Shown here: piece by piece, positions 28,367 to 49,113 of the stretch
Numbering within the stretch: position 1 is the stretch's first letter
Layout: the number at the start of each line of letters is the position of its first letter
Source of the DNA: an uncultured Deinococcaceae bacterium
Lineage (GTDB): Bacteria; Deinococcota; Deinococci; Deinococcales; Deinococcaceae
DNA length: 64,000 bases
Assembly: GCA_964252075.1 (NCBI GenBank)
Contig: CAXULY010000021.1
Location: forward strand, 1-64,000
Reading direction: 5' to 3'
Notes under the pieces: generated by a model
The model's database searches: none
Told to the model about the DNA's origin: nothing
What the model saw: the letters and a program-made list of their open reading frames with translations, nothing else
Translations under genes and position numbers: made by a program

Positions 28367-29008
28367 GTGAACATTATACCGACCCACAAGCTGTGCGGCG
28401 CCTGCCACGTGTCCAAGTCATTAGGGGAATTCTCGCCCAATAAAGGCGGGCGCTATGGACGGCACAGCAAATGCAAGGCTTGTGTTCGAGCCATGCATCA
28501 TGCAAAGCGCCCCGAGCGGCTTGCAGCACGCAAAGAGGCTCGCCTACGAGACGTGGAGACCTACCGCGCCAAAGCCCGCGAGTACCAAAAGGCGAACCTC
28601 TATATCTGGGCACGCTGGAACCGAAAGGCGCGGGCAGAAGGCCGAGACTGGCGGGCCAAAAACATCGAGCGCAACCGTGAAACCAGCCGACGCTACGCAC
28701 GCCTGTGGAGAGCGGCCAATCCAGTCATGCAGAAGGCGCGCAATGCTGCGAGAGTAATGCGTCAGCGGCGCCCAAACAGCGAGCGGTTTAGGAGTAACCT
28801 CCTGGTGATTCTTTGGGAGCGACAGCAGGGCAGGTGCCACTGGTGTGCGGTCGACCTCACGGTGGGACCATCGTCGCATCTCGACCATATCATTCCGTTG
28901 TCAAAGGGTGGCGACAACTCACCAAACAATCTTTGTTGGGCTTGTGCCACATGCAATTTGACACGACACAATAAAATGCCGCACGAACATTTCGGGCGCC
29001 TGTTTTAA
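28367..29008 (+). CDS. Free-standing HNH endonuclease
   Basis: CGAC...CKAC finger; CHWC...HLDHIIPLSKGGDNSPNNLCWACATCN; lower GC than flanks. Confidence 0.9.
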   Translation: MNIIPTHKLCGACHVSKSLGEFSPNKGGRYGRHSKCKACVRAMHHAKRPERLAARKEARLRDVETYRAKAREYQKANLYIWARWNRKARAEGRDWRAKNIERNRETSRRYARLWRAANPVMQKARNAARVMRQRRPNSERFRSNLLVILWERQQGRCHWCAVDLTVGPSSHLDHIIPLSKGGDNSPNNLCWACATCNLTRHNKMPHEHFGRLF

Positions 29009-29037
29009 CACCCCGCGCTGAACCTCAAGGTGGCCGC

Positions 29038-34455
<5,418 letters not shown>

Positions 34456-34466
34456 CCGCGTGCTGG

Positions 34467-34502
34467 CGCGCGCGAAGCCCGGCATGCCGCCGGGCTTTTT
34501 CG
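34467..34502 (+). terminator. Intrinsic terminator
   Basis: AAGCCCGGC-ATGCC-GCCGGGCTT followed by T run. Confidence 0.65.
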
Positions 34503-34523
34503 CGTCCTGACGGTGATGGAACC

Positions 34524-34552
34524 CTTGAAAACAAGCTGACAAACAAGTAATC
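34524..34552 (+). promoter_or_regulatory. Sigma70-type promoter of accessory operon 2
   Basis: TTGAAA-17-TAATCT. Confidence 0.7.
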
Positions 34553-34579
34553 TGTAAAACGTAAGTTACAGGAGGCGCC

Positions 34580-34894
34580 ATGGACGAACACACCCTCACC
34601 CCCAACCCCCGAACCACCATCCCCGGCTTCCAGGACGGCTACGTGTACCGCGGCCTCCACATCACGCACAACCTGCGCACCGACACCTGGACGTCCGCCC
34701 TCACCCGCTACCCCAGCGCCGAAGCCGCCATGCAGGCCATTGACGACCTCGCCGCGCCCCTCCCGCCGCGCCCCCTGCCGAGCGGCCTCAAGGTCACGCT
34801 CCATGCCGGGCAGCGCGCGGAACGCGCCAGCACCGGACGCCACAAGGCCGACCGCGCCCAGCACCAGCCGCGCCACGCCGGGCGGTTCTCGTGA
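34580..34894 (+). CDS. Hypothetical protein
   Basis: SD AGGAGG plus ATG. Confidence 0.6.
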   Translation: MDEHTLTPNPRTTIPGFQDGYVYRGLHITHNLRTDTWTSALTRYPSAEAAMQAIDDLAAPLPPRPLPSGLKVTLHAGQRAERASTGRHKADRAQHQPRHAGRFS

Positions 34895-37224
34895 CCCGCC
34901 GCGCGCGCCCAGGCGGGCGGGCCGAGCCCTACCACCCGCTGTTCCCGTACCTCCCCACCGCCGAGCGCGCCGTCCTGGCGCCCGGCGAGATCGTGATCGA
35001 CAACTTCGCCGGACTGGGCGGCGCCAGCAGCGCCATTGAGGCCGCGCTCGGGCGCCCCGTGGACGTGGCGATCAACCACAACCCCATCGCGCTGGAACTG
35101 CACCGCCAGAACCACCCCTACACCCACCACTACATCGAGGACGTGTGGAGCGTGGACCCTGAGCGGGTGTGCGCCGGACGCAAGATCGCCCTCGCGTGGT
35201 TCAGCCCCGACTGCCGCCACTTCAGCAAAGCCAAGGGCGGCCAGCCCGTCAGCGCCAGCGTGCGCGGCCTCGCGAACGTCGTGCATAACTACAGCGGCCT
35301 GCCCGAACACCTCAAGCCGCGCGTCATCATGCTGGAGAACGTCGAGGAGTTCACCACCTGGGGCCCCCTGATCGAGGTGGCGCCCGGCAAGTTCAAACCC
35401 GACCCCGCGCGCGCCGGAGAGGACTTCCAGGCCTGGAAAGCCACCCTCGAAGCGCACGGCTACACGGTCGAACACCGCGAGCTGCGCGCCTGCGACTACG
35501 GCGCCCCCACCATCCGCAAGCGGCTGTTCCTGATCGCGCGCTCGGACGGCCAGCCCATCGTGTGGCCCGAACCCACCCACGGCGACCCCAAGAGCAAAGC
35601 CGTGAAGGAAGGGCGCCTGCTGCCCTGGCGCACCGCCGCCGAGTGCATCGACTGGACGCTGCCGACGCCCAGCATCTTCACGCGCAAGAAGGCCCTGGTG
35701 CCCGCCACCATGCGCCGCGTCGCCATCGGCATCAAGAAGTTCGTGCTCGCCACGCAGGACCCCTACATCGTCACGTGCAACCACGCGGGCGACGGCTTCC
35801 GGGGGCAAGGCCTGCACGAACCCATGCGGACCCTCACGGCCGCGCGCGACGCGCATGGCCTCGTCGCGCCCGTCGTGGTCCGCACCGACCAGCACCAGAG
35901 CAACGCCAGCTGCGCGTACGACGCCGCGCGGCCCCTCACGACCATCACGACCGCGCAGGGGCATGCCATCGCGGCGCCCTACCTCATCAACAAGCAGTTC
36001 CAGGCGCCCGCCCGGCCAGCCGAAGCACCGCTCAGCACCATCACGACCAACCACAACAAGAACGAACTCGGCGCGGCCTTCCTGGTGCGCAGCGGCCACT
36101 ACAGCAACATCACGGGTGAAGGCGCGCACTTCCGTGGGCAGGGCATGGAGCAGCCCCTCTCCACCGTCACCGCCGCGGGCCAGGACAAGCTCATTACGGT
36201 CGCGCACCTGACGAAGTTCAGGACGGGCAGCGTGGGCAGCCCAGCGGACGCGCCCCTCCACACGGTCACGGGCGGGGGAGAGGCCGCGCGGCCCAGCACC
36301 GGCAACGTCCACGGCCTCGTCGCCGCAAGCCTGCTCCAGCACAACAGCGAGAAGCACGGCGAGCCGGGCAGCATGAACTACGCCGTGGACCGCCCGCTGC
36401 GCACCGTCATGGCCCAGGGCGGGCGCCAGGACCTGCTGACGGGCTACCTGACCAGCTACTACGGTGAGAAGCGGGCAGGGGAGACCAGGGGGCGGGCGCT
36501 GACCGGTCAGGTGCCCACCGTCCGCACCGAGAACTGCCTCGCGCTCACGGCGGGCACCCTGATCGGTGTGGGCGGACGCGCCGCGCAGACGCGCCCGAAG
36601 GGCCTCAACGAACCCATCCACACCGTCACCAGCAAGGCCGACACCTCCCTCGCGCTGGCGAGCCTCGTCCAGTACAACGGCACGGCGGACGCGCAGCCCG
36701 CAGGGGCGCCGCTGGGCAGCGTGACGACCGTGGAGCGCTTCGGGCTGAGCGTCGCGACCCTCACGCGGCACTTCGGCAACAGCACCGCCGTGAGCATCGC
36801 TGAGCCGGTCGGCACCATCTGCGCGGACGGCGGCGGCAAGACGTACCTCGTGAACGGCCGCTGCGAGCCCATCCTGACGCCCGAGCAGCGCGCGAGCGCG
36901 AGGCGCGTCTACGCCTTCCTGGTCGAATACCTGGGCAGCGAGGCGCTCGGCGCGCACGCCGACCACGCCGCGCAACTCATCACCGTGACGGTGCGGGGCG
37001 AACTGTACGTGCTGGCCGACATTGGCATGCGGATGCTCACGCCGCGCGAACTCGCGCGATGCCAGGGCTTCAGCGACCACTACGTGCTGGACGCCACCCT
37101 GGACGGCAAACCCATCGCCAAGAGCCATCAGGTGAAGGGCATCGGGAACAGCGTCAGCAAGCCCCCGGCGGCGGCCATCCTCACAGCGAACTTCAGCGGG
37201 CAGATGTCCGAAGCGGCGGACTGA
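34891..37224 (+). CDS. C5-cytosine DNA methyltransferase with repetitive variable region
   Basis: DNFAGLGGAS, SPDCRHFS, ENVEEF, RKRLF, IGNSV; repeated P-[LM]-x-T-[IVL]-T units. Confidence 0.92.
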   Translation: MTRRARPGGRAEPYHPLFPYLPTAERAVLAPGEIVIDNFAGLGGASSAIEAALGRPVDVAINHNPIALELHRQNHPYTHHYIEDVWSVDPERVCAGRKIALAWFSPDCRHFSKAKGGQPVSASVRGLANVVHNYSGLPEHLKPRVIMLENVEEFTTWGPLIEVAPGKFKPDPARAGEDFQAWKATLEAHGYTVEHRELRACDYGAPTIRKRLFLIARSDGQPIVWPEPTHGDPKSKAVKEGRLLPWRTAAECIDWTLPTPSIFTRKKALVPATMRRVAIGIKKFVLATQDPYIVTCNHAGDGFRGQGLHEPMRTLTAARDAHGLVAPVVVRTDQHQSNASCAYDAARPLTTITTAQGHAIAAPYLINKQFQAPARPAEAPLSTITTNHNKNELGAAFLVRSGHYSNITGEGAHFRGQGMEQPLSTVTAAGQDKLITVAHLTKFRTGSVGSPADAPLHTVTGGGEAARPSTGNVHGLVAASLLQHNSEKHGEPGSMNYAVDRPLRTVMAQGGRQDLLTGYLTSYYGEKRAGETRGRALTGQVPTVRTENCLALTAGTLIGVGGRAAQTRPKGLNEPIHTVTSKADTSLALASLVQYNGTADAQPAGAPLGSVTTVERFGLSVATLTRHFGNSTAVSIAEPVGTICADGGGKTYLVNGRCEPILTPEQRASARRVYAFLVEYLGSEALGAHADHAAQLITVTVRGELYVLADIGMRMLTPRELARCQGFSDHYVLDATLDGKPIAKSHQVKGIGNSVSKPPAAAILTANFSGQMSEAAD

Positions 37225-37250
37225 CGCCTACGCCGATTAAGGCATCCATG

Positions 37251-37290
37251 AAGGGCAGCGCGCGGCTATCCGGAGCCGCGCGCTGCCCTT
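37251..37290. terminator. Strong hairpin
   Basis: AAGGGCAGCGCGCGGCT...AGCCGCGCGCTGCCCTT. Confidence 0.6.
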
Positions 37291-37306
37291 CGCGTAAAAT
37301 ACGTTC

Positions 37307-38095
37307 ATGGCAGAAACGAATCCGTTTCACCGGTTCATTACGCTAACGGATGTCATCCGGAACGCGCACGGCGATCCTGAGATGCAGGGACGTGGCGCAC
37401 ACCGCGAAGGCTTCCCCATAGGGGCGCTGATTTCTTTCAGCATGAAGCGTCCGCTGAGGGAGGAGCTTTACACCGCTGACGAGAAGATGCTCGATTATAT
37501 TCGCCTGTTACAGATGGGCGTCGAGGCGCGTGAGTACCTGGTGGCGCACATGACGCCCAAGGCGTTGGGCATAAATCTCAGCAACCTTGACAACCTGTTG
37601 GGGACGTATGCTGCCCTCAATACAGATAGCAGCGCAACCGTCATCCGCAATTTTTCCCATGAAGTCATGGTCCGACTGCACCTCACCAACAGCCATCTCG
37701 AGGACAACGAAGTCGATGTGGATAAGGACCACATTGAGGACGTGCTCGCGCATCTGGACGCTCTGGTGGAAGCCATTCGTACTTCCAACATTGATCTTTC
37801 CCTAAAAGACCGCATGATGCGCACGCTGGGCGTGCTCCGGCTCGCCATTACACGAGTGAACATCGTGGGCACCGAAGAGATCATCGGCGAAACCGAAAAG
37901 TTCATGGGGCAGCTCTTCCGCGCCGAGATGACGGAACGCGCCAACGGCAAACCGGACGGCACCAGAAATCTCGTCAAGCAAGGCGTTGAACTGGCGGACT
38001 TAATCGAGAAGGTGGTCAACTTGACCCAAAAAGTCGGGCCCACATTGGTGCTCGGCTACGCTGCAATTCAGCACATGCTTCCACCTCCTCAGTAA
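37307..38095 (+). CDS. Lower-GC moron-like hypothetical protein
   Basis: Atypical codon usage; TAAAAT 6 nt before ATG. Confidence 0.7.
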   Translation: MAETNPFHRFITLTDVIRNAHGDPEMQGRGAHREGFPIGALISFSMKRPLREELYTADEKMLDYIRLLQMGVEAREYLVAHMTPKALGINLSNLDNLLGTYAALNTDSSATVIRNFSHEVMVRLHLTNSHLEDNEVDVDKDHIEDVLAHLDALVEAIRTSNIDLSLKDRMMRTLGVLRLAITRVNIVGTEEIIGETEKFMGQLFRAEMTERANGKPDGTRNLVKQGVELADLIEKVVNLTQKVGPTLVLGYAAIQHMLPPPQ

Positions 38096-38124
38096 CCCCC
38101 CGCCCCCGTGTCCAGCATGGGGGC

Positions 38125-38967
38125 ATGACCCTGCTGGACACGCTGCGGCCCCTGCTGCCCGAGGGCGCGACCGCCACCGAGCGACCCCTGAACGAGTACG
38201 ACGGCGTGTATGTGTGTCTGCAGGTGCCGCGCGCGCAGGCCGACGAACTGGCGGTGCCGGACGGCCTGCCGCCCGAAGACCTGCACATCACGCTCGTGTA
38301 CATCGGCAAAGCCGCGGACTACGACGCGAGCAAGGCGCGGCGCCTCGCGAGCCTGTGCCGCGTCATGACGGCCGTGACGGACCAGCTGCCCGCGCTGGAG
38401 GCGACCCTCACGGAACCGCGCCGCTTCCCCGCCGAGGGGAAAGAGCCGTGCTACCTGGCAGTGGACGCGCCGTGGATTGCGGAGCTCCAAAAGCAGGTGG
38501 ACCTCGCGGCGTTCATGCTGGGCCTGGACCCCAGCCGGAAGTTCCCGGTGTTCCACCCGCACGTGACCCTCGCTTACGTGGAGCCGGGCGCGCCGCACCC
38601 GCGCGCGGACTTCACCCCCACCCCCGTCACGTTCACGGGGCTGGAGCTGTACCTGCCGGGCGGGCGCGTCACGCTGCCGTTCCGGGGCGCACAGACGCTC
38701 GCCAAGGCCGAGCGGGCGCCCGAGGTGGCATCTGACCCGCGCGCGGACGCGAGGGCGCTCTACGCGCGCCTCACGGGCGACCTGCTGGCCCTGCGCGCCG
38801 GGGACCGCCACCTCGTGCGGCAGGGCGACGCGCTGAACGCCCGGCACGGCGAGCAGTTCACGCGCCTCGCACGCGCGGTGCGCGCGCCGCGCGGCAGCGC
38901 GCTGGAGGACGCCGCGCTGCACCACGCGGACGCCGCGCGCGTCGGGCGCGAGGGCGCCGCCGTCTGA
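38125..38967 (+). CDS. 2H phosphoesterase (Acb1 / 2'-5' RNA ligase-like)
   Basis: Two HxT motifs: DLHITLVY and FHPHVTLAY. Confidence 0.8.
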   Translation: MTLLDTLRPLLPEGATATERPLNEYDGVYVCLQVPRAQADELAVPDGLPPEDLHITLVYIGKAADYDASKARRLASLCRVMTAVTDQLPALEATLTEPRRFPAEGKEPCYLAVDAPWIAELQKQVDLAAFMLGLDPSRKFPVFHPHVTLAYVEPGAPHPRADFTPTPVTFTGLELYLPGGRVTLPFRGAQTLAKAERAPEVASDPRADARALYARLTGDLLALRAGDRHLVRQGDALNARHGEQFTRLARAVRAPRGSALEDAALHHADAARVGREGAAV

Positions 38968-38998
38968 CCCCCCGCCGCGCCGCCCACGATGCCGTGCT

Positions 38999-44991
<5,993 letters not shown>

Positions 44992-44995
<4 letters not shown>

Positions 44996-45297
44996 AACTC
45001 GATTTGCTCGCCGCGCAGATCCGCCGCTGGCCCGACCGTTACCTGTGGTTCGGCCCGTGGTGGTGGGTCGTGAAGGCCGCCATGCGGGACGCCGGGCTGC
45101 CGGTGGGGCACGCCGATGAGCCCGGCACGCGCGCGGTGCTGGAGCGCGCCGCCGGGGGGCGCGCCGCCGCCCTGAAGGCCGCCATGCGCTGCTTCGAGGA
45201 GCAGTCCGGCAGTTTCCCGAATCACCACTTCACCCTCCCGGACGGCGAGGCGTACTTCCTGCATGACGACGACGTGGGCGCCGCCGCCCTGACCTGA
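44992..45297 (+). CDS. Small hypothetical protein
   Basis: GTGA-coupled; YLWFGPWWWVVK. Confidence 0.6.
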
Positions 45298-45327
45298 CCC
45301 CCCGCGCCCGAGCCCACGCTCGGGCGC

Positions 45328-47010
45328 ATGACGTTACGCCCCGAAGACGCGCCGCAGCACGCGCAGCACCAGCTCGCCGGGTACCGGGCCGCGCGCCAAT
45401 GCTACGACCACGGGATGATGCGCCGCGGACGCGCCCTCGAAGCGATGGGGGACGCGCACGGCCACCTCCGGGACGCCGCGAACGCCCTGTCGCGCGGCGA
45501 CGCGGGCGCGCACGACCACGCGCAGCGCCTCGCGCAGGCCGCGCACGACGCCGCGCACCGGCACAGCCCCGACGACCTCCGGCGCTACGGGGCGCTGCTG
45601 CGCGCGCACCTCACACCCCCGGTCGCGAAGGCCGCACCCCCCGAGCGGGACTTCACGGTGGGCGGCATGACCAAGGAAGGCAGCCTGCTTCAGGTGTTCC
45701 AGCGCAGCGCGGTGTTCGCCAAAGCGCCGCCCGCCGAGCCCGCCCAACCCCTCACTCCGCACCCCAGCGCGGGCCTGCGCGTGCACGCGCCCGCCCCGCC
45801 GAACACCGGCATGGACGGGCACCTCAAGCCGCCCGGCGCGCCCCGCATGACGAAACTCCCCGGCGAGAGCGGCGAGCAGGCCATCAGCCGCCACGTGGGC
45901 GAGCACGCCGCGCACCTCGATCACCTGGAGAGCCAGTACGGCCTGCGCACCCCGCGCGGCCACGCGACCGTCATGATGGGCCTCCCGGGCAGCGGCAAGA
46001 GCCACTACCTCAAGGGCCACCACATGAGCCACGGCACGCACCTGCACGTGGACGTCGACGCCCTCAAGCACCTCGCGCCCGGCGAGCACGACTACACGTA
46101 CCCCACGCACTACCCGGAAGGGCACGCCAAGGCCGGGCAGGCGCACCCGCGCGCCGGGCAGCTCATCAGCCACTACGACGAGAGCAACCCCGTGCACGTC
46201 GCCGCCGCGCACCCCGTCAGCAAGCGCCTCGAAGAGCACCTCTTCAAGAGCGCCAGCGACCGCAAACTGCCCCTCGCGCTCGACACGACCGGCGGCAACC
46301 ACAAGCGCTGGGGCCAGCGCATGCAGACGCTGCGCGAGAAGGGCTACCACCAGGTGAACCTCGCGAACGTCCGCGTCAGCCGGGAAACCAGCATGGCGCG
46401 CAACGCCGGGCGCAAACGCACGGTGCCGCAGAGCGTGATCGACGGGACGCTCGCCGAGCACGACCGGCACAGCCCCGGCAACCACGGCAAGACGCCCTTC
46501 GAGCACCTCAGCGCCCACGCGGACAAGGTGCACGTCGTGGACCACGAGAGCCCCGAAGGGCAGCGGGCGCGCGCCGCGAGCGGCTGGCATCAGTACCTCA
46601 GCGCCGAGAAGGGCGTCCGCAAAGCCCTGCAGGCGTACCACAGCGAAGGCATGGAGTTCGCGCACCGCGTGGTGGCCGACCACCACGCGGACCTCGCGCA
46701 GGAGCACCGCGGCAGCAGCGTCGGCCACGCGCACGGCTGCCTCGCGTGCGCGTACCACCACCTCGCGGCGGCGCACCAAGCGCACAGCCGCGCGCGGCGC
46801 GCGCACGAGGGCGGCGATCCGCACATGGGGCGCGTGCACGAGGACGACGCGCAGCACCACCTCGGCAAGGCCCTCAGCGCGGTGCGCACCAAAGACGCGG
46901 ACACGCAGGCGGTCGTGGACCGCTACGCGCACCGCGTCACCGCGCACCACGACGCCCTCGCGCCGCACGTCGGCAAGGCCGCCGCGCGCGTAGAATCGGA
47001 GACGAAATGA
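45328..47010 (+). CDS. His-rich protein with zeta-toxin/AAA_33-like P-loop kinase domain
   Basis: VMMGLPGSGKS, VDVDALK, LDTTG, RNAGRKRTVP. Confidence 0.75.
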   Translation: MTLRPEDAPQHAQHQLAGYRAARQCYDHGMMRRGRALEAMGDAHGHLRDAANALSRGDAGAHDHAQRLAQAAHDAAHRHSPDDLRRYGALLRAHLTPPVAKAAPPERDFTVGGMTKEGSLLQVFQRSAVFAKAPPAEPAQPLTPHPSAGLRVHAPAPPNTGMDGHLKPPGAPRMTKLPGESGEQAISRHVGEHAAHLDHLESQYGLRTPRGHATVMMGLPGSGKSHYLKGHHMSHGTHLHVDVDALKHLAPGEHDYTYPTHYPEGHAKAGQAHPRAGQLISHYDESNPVHVAAAHPVSKRLEEHLFKSASDRKLPLALDTTGGNHKRWGQRMQTLREKGYHQVNLANVRVSRETSMARNAGRKRTVPQSVIDGTLAEHDRHSPGNHGKTPFEHLSAHADKVHVVDHESPEGQRARAASGWHQYLSAEKGVRKALQAYHSEGMEFAHRVVADHHADLAQEHRGSSVGHAHGCLACAYHHLAAAHQAHSRARRAHEGGDPHMGRVHEDDAQHHLGKALSAVRTKDADTQAVVDRYAHRVTAHHDALAPHVGKAAARVESETK

Positions 47011-47237
47011 CCTTCACCCCCGGCATGAAAGTCGCGCACCGCCTCCCGCACCGCCCGGACCTCCTGGCGCTCGGGAAGGTCGAACCGGACGGCCAGCACA
47101 TCCGCTGGCACGAGATCGTGGACAGCCACGGCACCGAAACGAACCGCCTCGGCCAGGGCGTCAGCAACGCCCGCCCAGTGCCGATCAAGGGCGACGAGCA
47201 GCCCTGCCCGCCGGAGTTCGAGCACCTCATCAAGTAA
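47007..47237 (+). CDS. Small hypothetical protein
   Basis: ATGA-coupled; followed by a hairpin at about 47249-47282. Confidence 0.55.
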   Translation: MTFTPGMKVAHRLPHRPDLLALGKVEPDGQHIRWHEIVDSHGTETNRLGQGVSNARPVPIKGDEQPCPPEFEHLIK

Positions 47238-47321
47238 CGCCTGAAGCGAAGCGCCCCCGACCGCACGGTCGGGGGCGCTTTTGCGTCCGGACCCCCCGCG
47301 CGCGGGCGCAGCGTCAGGCGC

Positions 47322-48236
47322 ATGAACGCCCAGCCCATCCCCCTGATCGTGGACCTCCCGCGCCCCCTCGCCAAGGCGGCGGTGGAGCAAGGACGCCGCT
47401 GCGTGTACTTCGAGGCGACGCGCGACAACGGCGGCGCCGACCGCGAAGGTGAGCAGGTCGCGGCGAGCGGCCTGTGGGCCAGCCGCGACCTGTTCCTCGC
47501 GCAGGGGAACCTCGACATGGCGCACTGGTCGTGGCTCCCCAACCCCATCACGGGCCTGCCCGACACGGAGTACGTGGTGGGCCTCCCGGAGGACGTGCGG
47601 CGCACCAGCAGCGGCGGCGTCACGAGCATCTGGGTGAAAGGCGAAATCTTCCAGAAGGGCGTGCAGCCCGCGCCGGAGGAAAGCAACGCCGCGCGCGCCG
47701 AGCGCTTCTGGTACGCGATGGCGGTGCAGCAGCCCGCCATGCGGTACTTCCCGAGCGTGTACGGCCGCATCGCGCCCGGCGGCGTGGAACTCGTGCGCGT
47801 CGGTGGGCGCGACGTGCGCCGCATCACGAAGGTGGAGTGGCTCAGCGTGGGCTTCCACACGCGCGTGCAGCACCCGGACCTGCCCGCCGTCAGCACCAGC
47901 CCCATGGGGCCCCTCGCGAAGGCCGAGCAGGCGACCGTGGACCGCGTGGCGAGCAGCGGCGCGCTGCGCCTCACGTGGGGGAATTTCGCGAAGGCGTGCA
48001 GCGAGGTCGGGCAGATCGTCACAGACCACGCGCAGCTCAAGGGCGTGCAGGCGCTCACGAAAGAGAGCCTGGAATCGCGCGTGCGTGAACCGCTCGCCCG
48101 CACCACCGTGCTGCGCGCCCTCAAGGACGGCAAATTGCGCGCGCGGCACGCGGATCTCGCCAAAGCGTTCAGCGCCCTCTCGCACCCCGACCCGGACGGC
48201 GCGGCCCGCGACCTGCTGCGCGAGCTGAGCGCGTGA
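47322..48236 (+). CDS. Putative prohead protease
   Basis: EAT...DREGEQV, H, SVYG pattern; upstream of scaffold and capsid genes. Confidence 0.65.
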   Translation: MNAQPIPLIVDLPRPLAKAAVEQGRRCVYFEATRDNGGADREGEQVAASGLWASRDLFLAQGNLDMAHWSWLPNPITGLPDTEYVVGLPEDVRRTSSGGVTSIWVKGEIFQKGVQPAPEESNAARAERFWYAMAVQQPAMRYFPSVYGRIAPGGVELVRVGGRDVRRITKVEWLSVGFHTRVQHPDLPAVSTSPMGPLAKAEQATVDRVASSGALRLTWGNFAKACSEVGQIVTDHAQLKGVQALTKESLESRVREPLARTTVLRALKDGKLRARHADLAKAFSALSHPDPDGAARDLLRELSA

Positions 48237-48306
48237 CCCCACAGAAATCACGACCCCCCGCGCGGGGGTTCACGCTTCCGGCCATGAACACGCGAGGAGG
48301 TGTGAG

Positions 48307-49113
48307 ATGACCAAGAAGACCGCAGTGGAGGCGCTGCTCGACCAGAGCATGCAAGCCCTCGAAGCGGCGATGGCGGGAGAGCTGGACACGCTCGCCAAAG
48401 CCGACCGGGGCAACCTGGACGAGGACTTCAAGGAATTCGATCAGGCGAGGCAGGCGAGCGACAACGCGAACGAAGCCGCCGGGGAAGACGGCATGGGCGG
48501 CCCCGACGAGGACGACCAGGACGGCACCCCGGACGACGGCGAGGACGACGAAACGCCCGACGACGAGGACACCACGCCGGAAAGCGGCGCGCCCGACGAC
48601 GAGGACACCCAGGAAGGTGCCGGCGGGCAGAAGCCCGGCGCGCGACCGGTGTTCGGCAAGGCCGACCAGGGCGGCGAGGGGTTCGTGGACGCCGCGCCCG
48701 TGCTGGAAGCGCTCGATGGGCGCCTCGACCGGCTGGAGGGCCTGCTGACGCGCGTCGTGGAGGACAACGCCCAGCTCCGCCAGCAGAACGGCGCGCTCAC
48801 GCAGCAGAACGCCGTCCTCGCGAAGGCCATGCAGGCGGTGGGGCGCGGCACCGCGCAACTCATGCGCGTCGCGACCGGGAACCTCGAACAGCCCGCGCTC
48901 CCCAAGAGCAAACGCGTGGTGGTGCCCACGCAGACCGCCCCCACCACCGTCAGCCGCGACGCCGTGCTCGCCAAGGCGGAGCAGTTCCACCGCGACGGCA
49001 AGCTCGGACTTCACGACGTGTCCCACATCGAGTACCTCGTGCAGGGACCCGGTGGCGTGGATGAGGCCTACCGCAACTACCCGCAACTCGCGGACGCCCA
49101 AGGAGGGCAGTGA
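48307..49113 (+). CDS. Scaffold-like acidic coiled-coil protein
   Basis: Asp/Glu-rich tract and coiled coil; position before the capsid gene. Confidence 0.6.
   Translation: MTKKTAVEALLDQSMQALEAAMAGELDTLAKADRGNLDEDFKEFDQARQASDNANEAAGEDGMGGPDEDDQDGTPDDGEDDETPDDEDTTPESGAPDDEDTQEGAGGQKPGARPVFGKADQGGEGFVDAAPVLEALDGRLDRLEGLLTRVVEDNAQLRQQNGALTQQNAVLAKAMQAVGRGTAQLMRVATGNLEQPALPKSKRVVVPTQTAPTTVSRDAVLAKAEQFHRDGKLGLHDVSHIEYLVQGPGGVDEAYRNYPQLADAQGGQ

Noticed and set aside
28367..29008. IscB/TnpB-type RNA-guided nuclease or restriction partner of the MTases
   Set aside because: Only 213 aa with no RuvC motifs; typical free-standing phage HNH.
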